Shown here piece by piece: positions 52,172-61,797 of a stretch of 64,000 nt of DNA. A program made the position numbers and the translations under genes. Source of the DNA: an uncultured Pelagibacteraceae bacterium. Its GTDB lineage: Bacteria > Pseudomonadota > Alphaproteobacteria > Pelagibacterales > Pelagibacteraceae. The stretch lies in contig CACJLM010000001.1 in the NCBI GenBank assembly GCA_902594245.1, positions 7,591 to 71,590 of the forward strand. The letters run 5' to 3'. Every line of letters begins with the position of its first letter. Within the stretch, counting starts at the first letter, position 1. The notes beneath the pieces are model-generated. The model did not search any database, was not told the DNA's origin, and worked only from the letters and a program-made list of their open reading frames with translations.

Positions 52172-52633
52172 ATGACAAAAGTAACATTAGAAGTAAATGG
52201 TAAAAAGGTCAGTAAAGATGTTCCAGACCACACACTTTTATCAGTTTTCTTAAGAGACAATCTAAATTTAACAGGCACACACGTTGGATGTGATACAAGC
52301 CAATGCGGAGCATGTGTAGTTCATGTTAATGGTAAATCAATAAAAAGTTGTTCTACTTTAGCTGCTGATATTGAAGGATCAAAAGTAACAACAATTGAAG
52401 GCTTAGCGAAAGATGGAAAACTTCATCCAATGCAAGCAGCATTCAAAAAAACTCATGGATTACAATGTGGATATTGTACACCAGGCATGGTGATGAGTGC
52501 AGTTGATCTTTTACAGACAAAGAAAAATCCAAGTGATCAAGAAATTAGAGAATGGTTAGAGGGTAATATCTGTAGATGTACAGGTTACCAAAATATAGTC
52601 GCAGCAGTTAAAGAAGCTGCAACAAAAATGTAA
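52172..52633 (+). CDS. coxS: Molybdenum hydroxylase 2x[2Fe-2S] small subunit (CoxS-like)
   Basis: [24 protein letters not shown]; SD GGAG precedes ATG 52172. Confidence 0.93.
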   Translation: MTKVTLEVNGKKVSKDVPDHTLLSVFLRDNLNLTGTHVGCDTSQCGACVVHVNGKSIKSCSTLAADIEGSKVTTIEGLAKDGKLHPMQAAFKKTHGLQCGYCTPGMVMSAVDLLQTKKNPSDQEIREWLEGNICRCTGYQNIVAAVKEAATKM

Positions 52634-52658
52634 ACAATACAAAAGGAGAATAAAAAAA

Positions 52659-55037
52659 ATGGCAAGTTTAGTTGGATCAAGAGTTGAAAGAAAAGAAGAT
52701 ACAAGATTTTTACAAGGAAAAGGAAGATATACTGCGGACATAAATATAGCAAATCAAACATATGCTGTGTTTGTAAGATCTCCGCATGCAAGAGCAAAGA
52801 TTAAGAGTGTAGATACTTCAAAAGCTTTAAAGTCGTCAGGTGTAGTTGGAGTTCTTACTGGAAAAGAAATTGCAGAAGATAAAATTGGTGGTCTAATTGC
52901 TGGATGGGCAATTAGAAGTGAGGATGGATCTGAAATGAAAGTTCCTGCAAACCCTCCTTTAGCAAAAGATGTTGCTAACTTTGTAGGTGAGCCTATAGCA
53001 GTTGTCTTTGCTGAAACTTTAGATGAAGCAAAAGAAGGTGCAGAAAAAGTTAAAGTTGATTACAAAGTTTTAAAAGCTGTAGTAGATCCAGCTGAAGCAA
53101 TGAAGAGTGATGCTATTCATGATGGAGTAGATAAAAACCTTTGTTATGACTGGTTGCTTGGTGATAGAAAAGCAGTTGATGAAGCTTTCGCTAAAGCTGA
53201 TAAAATTATTAAAGTTGATTTAATCAATAATAGATTAGTTCCTAATGCAATGGAGCCAAGAGCATGTGTAGTTGATTACAATACAGCCTCAGAAGAAATC
53301 ACTTTATATACCACAAGTCAAAACCCTCACTTATCAAGATTAGTAATGTCAGCATTCGGAGGTGTTGCACCAGAAAATAAATTAAGAGTTGTTGCTCCAG
53401 ATGTGGGTGGTGGATTTGGATCTAAAATTAATGTTTACAATGAAGAGATAGTTTGTAGTTGGGCTTCAAAAAAAATTGAAAGACCAATTAAATGGGTTGC
53501 GGAAAGAACAGAATCTTTCTTAACGGATACTCATGGAAGAGATCATGTTACCCATGCAGAACTTGCTGTAACTAACGATGGTAAGTTTTTAGGATTTAAA
53601 AATGAAACAATTGCAAATCTAGGAGCCTATGCAAGAGTATTTGGAACGGTTACTCCAACTTATTTATTCGGTCCTTGCGCAACGGGTGTTTACGTAATTC
53701 CAGCTGCATATTCTAATGTTAAAGCTGTATATACTAACACAGCGCCAGTTGATGCGTATAGAGGTGCTGGAAGACCAGAAGCAACTTATACAATTGAAAG
53801 ATTAGTTGAAAAAGCTGCAATGGAATTAGGTATGGATAAAACTGAAATAAGAATGAAAAATTTTCCAACTCAGTTTCCATTTAAACAAACATTAGTTCAT
53901 ACAGTTGACTCTGGTGACTACGTTGCTGGATTAGAAAAAGCGAAACAAATGGCAGATTATGCTGGCTTTGAAGCTAGAAGAAAAAAATCTGAAGCTAATG
54001 GAAAATTAAGAGGAATAGGTGTTTCATCTTATTTTGAAGCTTGTGGTATTGCACCATCTGCAGCAGTTATGTCTTTAGGTTGTGGAGTAGGATTATGGGA
54101 GTCAGCAGAAGTAAGGTTTAATCCGACAGGTCAAATATCTGTGTTTACAGGTGCTCATAGTCATGGACAAAGTCATGACACAACATTTGCTCAAATTGCA
54201 GCAGATGAAATGGGTGTGCCAATTGAAAATATTGATATCGTTCATGGTGATACAGACAAAGGAACATTTGGAATGGGTACTTACGGTTCAAGATCATTGA
54301 CTGTAGGTGGTATTGCAATTGTGAATGCCTGTAAGAAAATAATTGCCAAAGGTAAAAGAGTTGCAGCTAAAATGCTTGAAGTAAATGAAGATGAAATTGA
54401 ATTCAAGGATGGAGAATTTGTTGCACTTAAATCAAATAAGAAAAAAACAATAGGAGAAGTTGCTTTTGCTTGTTATTTACCAGGTCAAAGAGATGAAATG
54501 AAATCACCAATACCAGAGGGTGACGAACCTGGGTTAATAGAGTCAGCATTCTATGATCCACCAAATTTCTCTTTTCCAGCAGGGTCGCATATTTGTGAAG
54601 TAGAAATAGATCCTGATACAGGAAATGTAAAAGTCGAAAAATATACTGCAGTAGATGATTTTGGAAGAATAGTAAATCCAATGATTGTTGAAGGACAAGT
54701 TCATGGGGGAATTGCTCAAGGAATAGGTCAGGCTTTGCATGAAAATACTCAATATGATGAAACTGGTCAGTTAATGACAGCTTCGTATATGGATTATACG
54801 ATGCCAAGAGCTGATAATTTTCCTGAGTTTAATTTAGGCTTTACTTGTACTCACGCAACATCTAACCCTTTAGGAGTTAAAGGTTGTGGAGAGGCAGGTG
54901 CAATCGCTTCACCACCAACAGTTATGAATGCAGTGATTGATGCATTAGGTGGTCAAGAAATTTCAATGCCAGCTACAGCTGAAAAAGTTTGGAAGGCTTG
55001 TAAATCAATAAAAAAATCTAACGCTAAAGCAGCATAG
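52659..55037 (+). CDS. coxL: Form II CoxL-like molybdopterin large subunit (xanthine oxidase family)
   Basis: AYRGAGR active-site loop (form II), VGGGFG, HGQ, GTYGSRS, KGCGE. Confidence 0.9.
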   Translation: MASLVGSRVERKEDTRFLQGKGRYTADINIANQTYAVFVRSPHARAKIKSVDTSKALKSSGVVGVLTGKEIAEDKIGGLIAGWAIRSEDGSEMKVPANPPLAKDVANFVGEPIAVVFAETLDEAKEGAEKVKVDYKVLKAVVDPAEAMKSDAIHDGVDKNLCYDWLLGDRKAVDEAFAKADKIIKVDLINNRLVPNAMEPRACVVDYNTASEEITLYTTSQNPHLSRLVMSAFGGVAPENKLRVVAPDVGGGFGSKINVYNEEIVCSWASKKIERPIKWVAERTESFLTDTHGRDHVTHAELAVTNDGKFLGFKNETIANLGAYARVFGTVTPTYLFGPCATGVYVIPAAYSNVKAVYTNTAPVDAYRGAGRPEATYTIERLVEKAAMELGMDKTEIRMKNFPTQFPFKQTLVHTVDSGDYVAGLEKAKQMADYAGFEARRKKSEANGKLRGIGVSSYFEACGIAPSAAVMSLGCGVGLWESAEVRFNPTGQISVFTGAHSHGQSHDTTFAQIAADEMGVPIENIDIVHGDTDKGTFGMGTYGSRSLTVGGIAIVNACKKIIAKGKRVAAKMLEVNEDEIEFKDGEFVALKSNKKKTIGEVAFACYLPGQRDEMKSPIPEGDEPGLIESAFYDPPNFSFPAGSHICEVEIDPDTGNVKVEKYTAVDDFGRIVNPMIVEGQVHGGIAQGIGQALHENTQYDETGQLMTASYMDYTMPRADNFPEFNLGFTCTHATSNPLGVKGCGEAGAIASPPTVMNAVIDALGGQEISMPATAEKVWKACKSIKKSNAKAA

Positions 55038-55046
55038 GAGGAAAAT

Positions 55047-55832
55047 ATGAAATCATTTAATTATCACGCACCAAAAGATGTTAAAGATGCTTCTAAGTTA
55101 GCCTCTTCTAGTTCTGCTTTCTTAGCAGGAGGAATGACAACTATTCCTTCCATGAAGTTAGGATTAGCAAGTTACAAAGATGTAATTGATATTAAAAATA
55201 TCAAAAAACTATCAGGCATCAAAGTTAGTGGAAAAACTGTAACAGTAGGCGCAACAACAAAACATGTAGAAGTTGCTACTTCAAAAGATGTTAAAAAGGC
55301 AATACCAGCTCTTGCTAAGTTAGCTGGAAATATTGGTGATGCCCAAGTAAGAAACAGAGGAACAATTGGTGGGTCAATTTCAAACAATGATCCTTCAGCT
55401 TGTTATCCTTCAGCTTGTATGGCACTTAATGCAGTTATTCATACAAACAAAAGAAAAATAGATGCTGAAAAGTTTTTTACAGGAATGTTTGAAACTGCTT
55501 TAAAAAGTGGTGAACTTGTAGAAGCTGTAGAGTTTCAAATTCCAGAAAAAGCTGATTATCAAAAACATCCAAATCCAGCATCAAGATATGCAATCATTGG
55601 AGTGTTTGTTGCAAAACATAAAAAAGATGTGAATGTTGCAGTAACAGGTGCTAAGTCTTGCGTTTATATTGATAAAGATTTATCGAAAAAATTAAGCTCT
55701 AATTTTTCAGTATCTGCAATTGAAGGCACTGAAGTAAAATCTTCGGGTATGAATTCTGATATGCATGCATCAGCAGAATACAGAGCTAATTTGGTATCAC
55801 TATACGCAAAAAAAGCTGTTGAAGCTTGTTAG
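55047..55832 (+). CDS. coxM: FAD-binding medium subunit (CoxM-like)
   Basis: LAGG, QVRNRGTIGGS, NPASRYA. Confidence 0.9.
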   Translation: MKSFNYHAPKDVKDASKLASSSSAFLAGGMTTIPSMKLGLASYKDVIDIKNIKKLSGIKVSGKTVTVGATTKHVEVATSKDVKKAIPALAKLAGNIGDAQVRNRGTIGGSISNNDPSACYPSACMALNAVIHTNKRKIDAEKFFTGMFETALKSGELVEAVEFQIPEKADYQKHPNPASRYAIIGVFVAKHKKDVNVAVTGAKSCVYIDKDLSKKLSSNFSVSAIEGTEVKSSGMNSDMHASAEYRANLVSLYAKKAVEAC

Positions 55833-55853
55833 TTAAGATTTATATTTCAGCAA

Positions 55854-56183
55854 ATGAAAAACTCATTTGATGAAAAAATCTTAGAAGAAGCAAACGATTG
55901 GGTAACAGCTAATCAAAAGGTTGTTTTAGCAACAGTAATTCAAACTTGGGGATCCTCTCCAAGACAGGTTGGCAGTAGAATGATTGTCAATGAAAAGGGA
56001 GACTTCTCAGGTTCTGTTTCGGGAGGATGTGTAGAGTCAGCAGTTGTAAGAGAATGTATTGGTCTTATCAAAGACAATAAACCTTGTAAAAAAATAGAAT
56101 TTAAAGTTTCAAATGAAAGTGCTTGGGAAGTAGGTCTTGCTTGCGGTGGAGAAATCGCAGTCTATTTAGAACAAGTTAATTAA
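55854..56183 (+). CDS. XdhC/CoxI N-terminal domain protein
   Basis: ATVIQTWGSSPR, GSVSGGCVE, GLACGG. Confidence 0.88.
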   Translation: MKNSFDEKILEEANDWVTANQKVVLATVIQTWGSSPRQVGSRMIVNEKGDFSGSVSGGCVESAVVRECIGLIKDNKPCKKIEFKVSNESAWEVGLACGGEIAVYLEQVN

Positions 56184-56863
56184 TGAAATTACAAACACTA
56201 AAATCAATTATTGAAAAAAAGAAAAATAAGTCTGAATTTGCAATTATCACTAATCTCAAAACAGGGGAGAGTGAAATTTTTGAAAAAGACAAACCTTTAA
56301 GTAAAGAAATGGAGGTTTATTCCAATCAAATCAATGAATTTTTTAAATCCAAAAAAAACGGAGTTATAGAAAATTCTGAAATATTTGTTGAAACTTACAT
56401 ATTACCAATAAAAGTAATAATAGTTGGAGCAGTCCACATTGCACAATACCTAGTAGATTTTGCAAAGAGTTTGAATTTTGAAATTTCTATAATTGATCCC
56501 AGAGGTTATTTTGCATCTGAACAAAGATTTCCTAATATGAAAATAATAAACAAATGGCCTGATGAGGCTTTTAAAGAAATAGATACAAATGAAAACTCAG
56601 CCTTAATTGCTTTAACACATGATCCAAAAATTGATGATCCTGCATTACAACATGCTTTAAATAAAAAATTTTATTATATCGGAGCTCTTGGAAGTAAAAA
56701 AACTCATGAAAATAGATGTCAAAGACTAAAAGAGGCTGGTTTTAGTGATAAACAAATTGACTCAATACATGGACCGATAGGAATTAAATTAGGTGGAAGA
56801 TCAGCACCTGAAATAGCTTTATCAATAATTGCTCAACTAGTTTCAGAAACTTATAAAAAGTGA
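56183..56863 (+). CDS. XdhC Rossmann-domain protein
   Basis: VGAVHIAQ, DPR, THDPKIDD, YIGALGS, PEIALSI. Confidence 0.9.
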   Translation: MKLQTLKSIIEKKKNKSEFAIITNLKTGESEIFEKDKPLSKEMEVYSNQINEFFKSKKNGVIENSEIFVETYILPIKVIIVGAVHIAQYLVDFAKSLNFEISIIDPRGYFASEQRFPNMKIINKWPDEAFKEIDTNENSALIALTHDPKIDDPALQHALNKKFYYIGALGSKKTHENRCQRLKEAGFSDKQIDSIHGPIGIKLGGRSAPEIALSIIAQLVSETYKK

Positions 56864-57435
56864 TTAGTGCAATCTTATTAGCAGCAGGTCAATCGAAAAG
56901 ATTAAAATCTGAAAATAAATTAATTAAATTATACAAAAAGATACCATTAATAAATCATTCATTAAAAGTATTACAAAAAAGCAAAGTTAATAAAATTATT
57001 ATTGTTCTTGGTCACCAAAATAAAGAAATTAAAAAAGTAATTAAATCAAATAGGAAAAATATTTTTGTTTACAATAAGGATTATAAAAAAGGAATGGCGT
57101 CATCTATTAAAATTGGATTAAAAAAAGTATCAAGAAATGACAAAGGATTTATTATTGTTCAATCAGATATGCCATTTATAAAAGTATCAGATATTAATAA
57201 AATATATAATTCAATAAAGCTTAAAAAGTATTTAGTCTCTGTTTTGAAGTTTAAAAATAGAATAGGTAATCCAATAGGTTTTGATATTTCAATTATAAAA
57301 AAATTTAAAAATATCAAAGGTAAATTTGGTGCAAAATTTATGGTCAAAAGACTTAAGAATAGAACTAGATTTATTAAAATTAGTAGCGTTAAATCTTTTA
57401 AAGATTTTGATAAAGCTTCAGATTTTAGAGTCTGA
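56860..57435 (+). CDS. mocA: Molybdenum cofactor cytidylyltransferase-like
   Basis: LLAAGQSKR, GMASSI, DMP, GNP; follows xdhC. Confidence 0.82.
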   Translation: MISAILLAAGQSKRLKSENKLIKLYKKIPLINHSLKVLQKSKVNKIIIVLGHQNKEIKKVIKSNRKNIFVYNKDYKKGMASSIKIGLKKVSRNDKGFIIVQSDMPFIKVSDINKIYNSIKLKKYLVSVLKFKNRIGNPIGFDISIIKKFKNIKGKFGAKFMVKRLKNRTRFIKISSVKSFKDFDKASDFRV

Positions 57436-57999
57436 TTTACTGAAATTAATTCTTAAAAGTAAAAGAATAATTAAAATTATTAAAAAAATAAGTGGTTTAA
57501 AGAATATAGTTTTGGATAACCAAATGAAATGTAATACTCCAAAAATTGCGATTACATAAACTAATCTATGAAGTTTTTTCCAGTTTTGTTTTAAAATTCT
57601 TGCCATTTTATTTGATGAAGTGATTGCTAAAGGAACTAATAAAAGCCAAGCAGAGAACCCAATAAACACAAATTTCTTTTTTAAAACATCATCTATTAAA
57701 GGTTCAAAATCAAATCTATAATCGAGCCCTACATAACTAAGCATATGTATAGAAGCATAAAAAAAAGCAAATAATCCGAGCATTCTTCTAAATTTAATCC
57801 ACTCCAATGATTTTGTGATTTTTTTGAGTGGTGTCATTGAAAGAGTTAAGAAAATAAAGATTAAAGTCCACTCCCCAAAATGATTTATTATTCTATCAAC
57901 TGGTTCTGGACCTAATTTATTATAAAATATTTGATAAATGATTATGCACAGTGGCCAAAGTGAAATTAAAAAAACAGTAGGCTTGAAATAGTTTTTCAA
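57418..57999 (-). CDS. msrQ: Heme-binding membrane subunit MsrQ
   Basis: LGPEP, RRMLGL..FFY..H, AITS, WKKLHRLVY. Confidence 0.93.
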   Translation of the reverse strand: MKNYFKPTVFLISLWPLCIIIYQIFYNKLGPEPVDRIINHFGEWTLIFIFLTLSMTPLKKITKSLEWIKFRRMLGLFAFFYASIHMLSYVGLDYRFDFEPLIDDVLKKKFVFIGFSAWLLLVPLAITSSNKMARILKQNWKKLHRLVYVIAIFGVLHFIWLSKTIFFKPLIFLIILIILLLLRINFSKSDSKI

Positions 58000-58005
58000 T
58001 TTATT

Positions 58006-58905
58006 TTAGTAATTTTTTTTCAAATCCATACCACTATAAAGATGAGCAACTTCATCTCCATAGCCATTGAACATTAAAGTTTTTATTCTTGGAGCTAAAA
58101 TACCTTCTCCTATCACTCTTTCAGTTTTTTGTGACCATCTTGGATGATCAACTTTAGGATTCACATTTGAGTAAAAACCATATTCTCTTGGTGAAGCATT
58201 TTTCCAAGCAGTATTAGGCATATTTTTTGTTAATTTAATTTTCACAATTGCTTTTGCGCTTTTAAATCCATACTTCCATGGAATAAATATTCTTAAAGGG
58301 GCTCCATTTTGATTTGGTAAAGTTTTTCCGTACAAACCAGTCACAACAGTGGTAAGAGGATGCATTGCTTCATCTAATCTTAAACCTTCAATGTAAGGCC
58401 AATTTAAAACAGGATACCTCTGACCAACCATTTCCTCTGGATTATAAACTGTTTCAAATTCAACAAACTTTGCAGAAGATTTAATCTCTACTTTGTTAAG
58501 TAATTCACTTAATGAAAAACCTAACCATGGAATTACCATTGACCAACCCTCTACACATCTTAATTTTAAAATTCTTTCTTCAGATTTAATAGCCAAAACT
58601 TCTTCAATCGGAAGTTCTAAAGATTTTTCAACCTCACCTTCAATTTTCACAACCCAAGGTCTTGTATTGAAATTTTTTGCTCTTCTATAGGGATCACCTT
58701 TGCCAGTGCCAAACTCATAGTAGTTGTTGTATGTTGTTATATCCTCATAACTAGTTGGCTCATTGGAATTACTTGCTTTAGCATTAATCGATGGAACAGA
58801 ACTTAAAGAAAGTGCACCTAAACCATAACCCATCGATTTAATAAAAGACCTTCTTTTATGATAAATCTTTTCAGGTGTAATTTCAGAATATTTAAACTTT
58901 TTCAT
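58006..58905 (-). CDS. msrP: Periplasmic methionine sulfoxide reductase MsrP
   Basis: EITPE, Tat motif RRSFIK, YNNYYEFG, RCVEGWS, PWKYGFKS, HPRWSQ. Confidence 0.95.
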   Translation of the reverse strand: MKKFKYSEITPEKIYHKRRSFIKSMGYGLGALSLSSVPSINAKASNSNEPTSYEDITTYNNYYEFGTGKGDPYRRAKNFNTRPWVVKIEGEVEKSLELPIEEVLAIKSEERILKLRCVEGWSMVIPWLGFSLSELLNKVEIKSSAKFVEFETVYNPEEMVGQRYPVLNWPYIEGLRLDEAMHPLTTVVTGLYGKTLPNQNGAPLRIFIPWKYGFKSAKAIVKIKLTKNMPNTAWKNASPREYGFYSNVNPKVDHPRWSQKTERVIGEGILAPRIKTLMFNGYGDEVAHLYSGMDLKKNY

Positions 58906-59344
58906 TAGCTATTGGATTTCCTTTTAACCATTCACTTTCCTCATTTTCATAATGTTCTTTTTTCCAAATTGGAGATCTTTTTTTTATTTCTTCAATTATA
59001 TATCTTGAAAGTACATAAGCTTGATCACGATGTTTGCAAGCTACTGCGATAATAATACTTATCTCACCTAATTTTAAGTGTCCTTTTGCATGTTCAATAA
59101 ATACAGCTTTATTTTTAATATCTAGCTTTTTATCTGCTTCATTATAAATTTCTTCAAAACTTTTGATCACCATTTCATCATGACTGTCATAAGTAATTCC
59201 AGTTACTGTTTTATTATCATTGATATTTCTTACAGTTCCTAAAAAATAAATTGATGCTCCAAACTTAGAGTCTTTTATAAATTTTTCAGCGTTTGAAGTA
59301 AGTATTTTTTCTTTTTTAGTATCTACTATTTTTGTATGAAGCAT
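58892..59344 (-). CDS. moaE: Molybdopterin synthase catalytic subunit
   Basis: GASIYFLGTVR, HR, PIWKKE. Confidence 0.93.
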   Translation of the reverse strand: MLHTKIVDTKKEKILTSNAEKFIKDSKFGASIYFLGTVRNINDNKTVTGITYDSHDEMVIKSFEEIYNEADKKLDIKNKAVFIEHAKGHLKLGEISIIIAVACKHRDQAYVLSRYIIEEIKKRSPIWKKEHYENEESEWLKGNPIANEKV

Positions 59345-59613
59345 TAACCTCCTCCGATAGGAGGTATAATACCAATCTTTTGATCTTTTGTGATTTTATA
59401 ATTGTCGCTAATTATTTCATTATTTTCTGAACAAAAAGCTGAGGATTTTACAACTTTGATAAAGTTTTCATTACCTTGAAAATTTTTATCTATATATTTA
59501 ATTATTTCATTTCGTAAATCATCTATTGAAGCTTTATTTTGAATCTCAATCTCCAAGTGATCTTTTTCACTAAAATCTCGACTTGCTCCAAATAATTCTA
59601 ACTTAATTTTCAT
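59344..59613 (-). CDS. moaD: Molybdopterin synthase sulfur carrier
   Basis: LFGASRD, C-terminal PPIGGG. Confidence 0.9.
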   Translation of the reverse strand: MKIKLELFGASRDFSEKDHLEIEIQNKASIDDLRNEIIKYIDKNFQGNENFIKVVKSSAFCSENNEIISDNYKITKDQKIGIIPPIGGG

Positions 59614-60080
59614 TTTTTAAGCTTAGGTGAAAATTTCAGATTTTCATATTTAAATTTAGATTTATTTTTATTGATAAAATCATCCATTAACTTGATTTTT
59701 TCTTCTTCAAATTCTGCAACTTTTCTTTCATTAAGATCCACATATAAAGCTAGTATCTCAATAGTTGAGGCTAAAAATTTTTTCTCTTTGTGTATCATTT
59801 CCATTTTATATTGAAGTCTCTTTTTATCGTGATCAAAATAAATACAATTGATATCAACTTCATCATTTAGCTGAAGTTCTTGATTATAAGTGATATGAGA
59901 CTCCACAATCATAGTACTTTTCTTAGTTGTTTTTGCTGACTCTTCTCCCATCTTAAAAATATTATTTAAAGTATCTGCACCATACTTATCAAAAATTAAA
60001 AGATAATATGAAACATTCATATGATCATTGTAATCAATCCAATCTTTAATTACTTTTTGGGAACTTAAATAAACGGACAT
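59610..60080 (-). CDS. Hot-dog fold thioesterase (4HBT-like)
   Basis: DWIDYNDHMNVSYY, ESHITY. Confidence 0.82.
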   Translation of the reverse strand: MSVYLSSQKVIKDWIDYNDHMNVSYYLLIFDKYGADTLNNIFKMGEESAKTTKKSTMIVESHITYNQELQLNDEVDINCIYFDHDKKRLQYKMEMIHKEKKFLASTIEILALYVDLNERKVAEFEEEKIKLMDDFINKNKSKFKYENLKFSPKLKK

Positions 60081-60086
60081 TAAATA

Positions 60087-60632
60087 TTAGAAAATATTTT
60101 TTAGGAACTCAGGTAGGCCATCTGGATTTTTCCATAATCCACTTTTTCCACCTTCTTTAATTAACAACTTGACGTTATCAATTCTTAAATGGGGATTTAC
60201 TATTTTGCTTAAATCATAAATAGTTATTAATGCAGCATTAACGCCCATGATCGCTTCCATTTCAACACCTGTTTTAGCAACTGCAGAAACTACACAAAAA
60301 ACCTCAAGTGAATTATCTACTTCATTCATTATAATCTTAGTAGCAGTATGATCAATTGGAAGTGGATGACATAAAGGAATTAGTTCACTTGTTTTTTTAA
60401 CTCCCAATACAGCTGATACCTCAGCCAAAGTAATTGGATCTCCTTTAGGCATCTTTTTGTTTTTAATTAAATCAAAAACTTCTTTTCCTACGTAAATTTT
60501 TCCGGACGCTAATGCTCTACGAAATGTTTCTTTCTTAGATGAAACATCAACCATATTAAAAGAATTTTTCTGAAATATTTCTTTTGCCCAATCTTTAAGA
60601 TCATCTTGATTAACAATTTTTAAATTTTTCAT
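60087..60632 (-). CDS. moaC: cPMP synthase MoaC
   Basis: MVDVS, KGD, LIPLCH, TGVEMEA, GGKSG. Confidence 0.95.
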   Translation of the reverse strand: MKNLKIVNQDDLKDWAKEIFQKNSFNMVDVSSKKETFRRALASGKIYVGKEVFDLIKNKKMPKGDPITLAEVSAVLGVKKTSELIPLCHPLPIDHTATKIIMNEVDNSLEVFCVVSAVAKTGVEMEAIMGVNAALITIYDLSKIVNPHLRIDNVKLLIKEGGKSGLWKNPDGLPEFLKNIF

Positions 60633-61625
60633 TTAACCACCCGTTTTTGATAGATTTTTTGTTAACCCAGTTTCTCCAAGCTCAAGATAATGAGATTCTT
60701 TTTTAAATTTCATTTGTCCTAAAATTAAATCCTTCAATTCTTCGGTTTGATCATCTTTTTGTAATAAATGTCTTATACTTATTCCAGTATTTCCAAATAA
60801 ACAAAGTCTTAGATCACCTTTTGATGTTATTCTAAGACGATTACATGATTTACAAAAATCTTTAGAATATGGTGCAATAATTCCAAACTTACCTTTGTAT
60901 TCTGGATTAATATAGTTTAACGAAGGTCCAGCATCTTGGCCTAAGGTTTGATAAATCCACTTATTCTCATTTAAGTAACTTTTAAATATTTTAGATGAAA
61001 TATGATATCTATTAAAATAATCTAGGTTATCTCCAGTTTGCATCAATTCAATATATCTAAAATTAACTTTGTTAATTTTTATATATTCAGCCCAAGAATC
61101 AAAATCTTTTTTTGAGGAATTAACACCATTTAAAAGAACCGCATTAATTTTAATATTATCAAAATTAAAACTTTGTAAAATCTCTATCCCTTTTAAAATC
61201 TCAGGCAATCTGTCATGTTTTGTAATATTTTTGAATGTTTCTCTATCTAAACTATCAATACTGATATTAATTCCATCTAAACCACTATCAATTAGTAATT
61301 TTGCTTTTTGATCAAGATGATATCCATTTGTTGTAATGACAATTTTTTTAATAGATGTTTCATTTTTTAAAATTTTTACGATTTCATAAAAATCTTTTCT
61401 GACCGTAGGTTCTCCGCCAGTTAACCTTATTTTCTGAACTCCTAGTTCTGAAAATCCTTTAGCTAATCTTCTAATTTCATCTATGTTGAGAAATTTTCTA
61501 TTATCACCCTTATCTGCTTGATATCCATTAGGTAAACAGTATCCACATTTAAAATTACACACCTCAGTGATGGACATCCTTATATAAGGAAATTTTCTTC
61601 CAAAATTGTCCTCTAAATGTTTCAC
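60633..61625 (-). CDS. moaA: GTP 3',8-cyclase MoaA
   Basis: CNFKCGYC, LTGGEP, FCKSCNRLR..LCLF, C-terminal GG; GTG start. Confidence 0.96.
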   Translation of the reverse strand: MKHLEDNFGRKFPYIRMSITEVCNFKCGYCLPNGYQADKGDNRKFLNIDEIRRLAKGFSELGVQKIRLTGGEPTVRKDFYEIVKILKNETSIKKIVITTNGYHLDQKAKLLIDSGLDGINISIDSLDRETFKNITKHDRLPEILKGIEILQSFNFDNIKINAVLLNGVNSSKKDFDSWAEYIKINKVNFRYIELMQTGDNLDYFNRYHISSKIFKSYLNENKWIYQTLGQDAGPSLNYINPEYKGKFGIIAPYSKDFCKSCNRLRITSKGDLRLCLFGNTGISIRHLLQKDDQTEELKDLILGQMKFKKESHYLELGETGLTKNLSKTGG

Positions 61626-61797
61626 ACAATAAACTTATAATAGAAATTAAGATTAATAAATTTAAATGATTGTACTTTAACTTAAATAAACTGAAAATTT
61701 CAACTAATGATTGTAAAACTACTAATTGAATAAATTTTTTATTTCTCCTTTTTCGTCGAACTCTTTTTTGTTAAAATTATAAATTAGGAGGGGTTAA

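Noticed and set aside
52659-55037. Calling the locus a bona fide aerobic CO dehydrogenase
   Set aside because: Lacks the form I AYxCSFR motif, the M-S-L order and coxDE.
55390-55418. 14-bp tandem repeat ATCCTTCAGCTTGT in coxM
   Set aside because: Encodes DPSACYPSAC, matching the family's DPxxxYPxx motif. Two copies only, protein-driven, not CRISPR-like.
1769-61311. Numerous 60-130 aa antisense or nested ORFs (e.g. 2346-2657, 8147-8506, 32776-33150, 45429-45779, 54427-54807)
   Set aside because: Shadows of well-supported genes; no motifs, and composition typical of reverse-strand AT-rich codons.
61626-61797. Moco riboswitch or ModE box upstream of moaA
   Set aside because: No structured GC-containing stems or ModE-like consensus visible; a covariance-model search would be needed.
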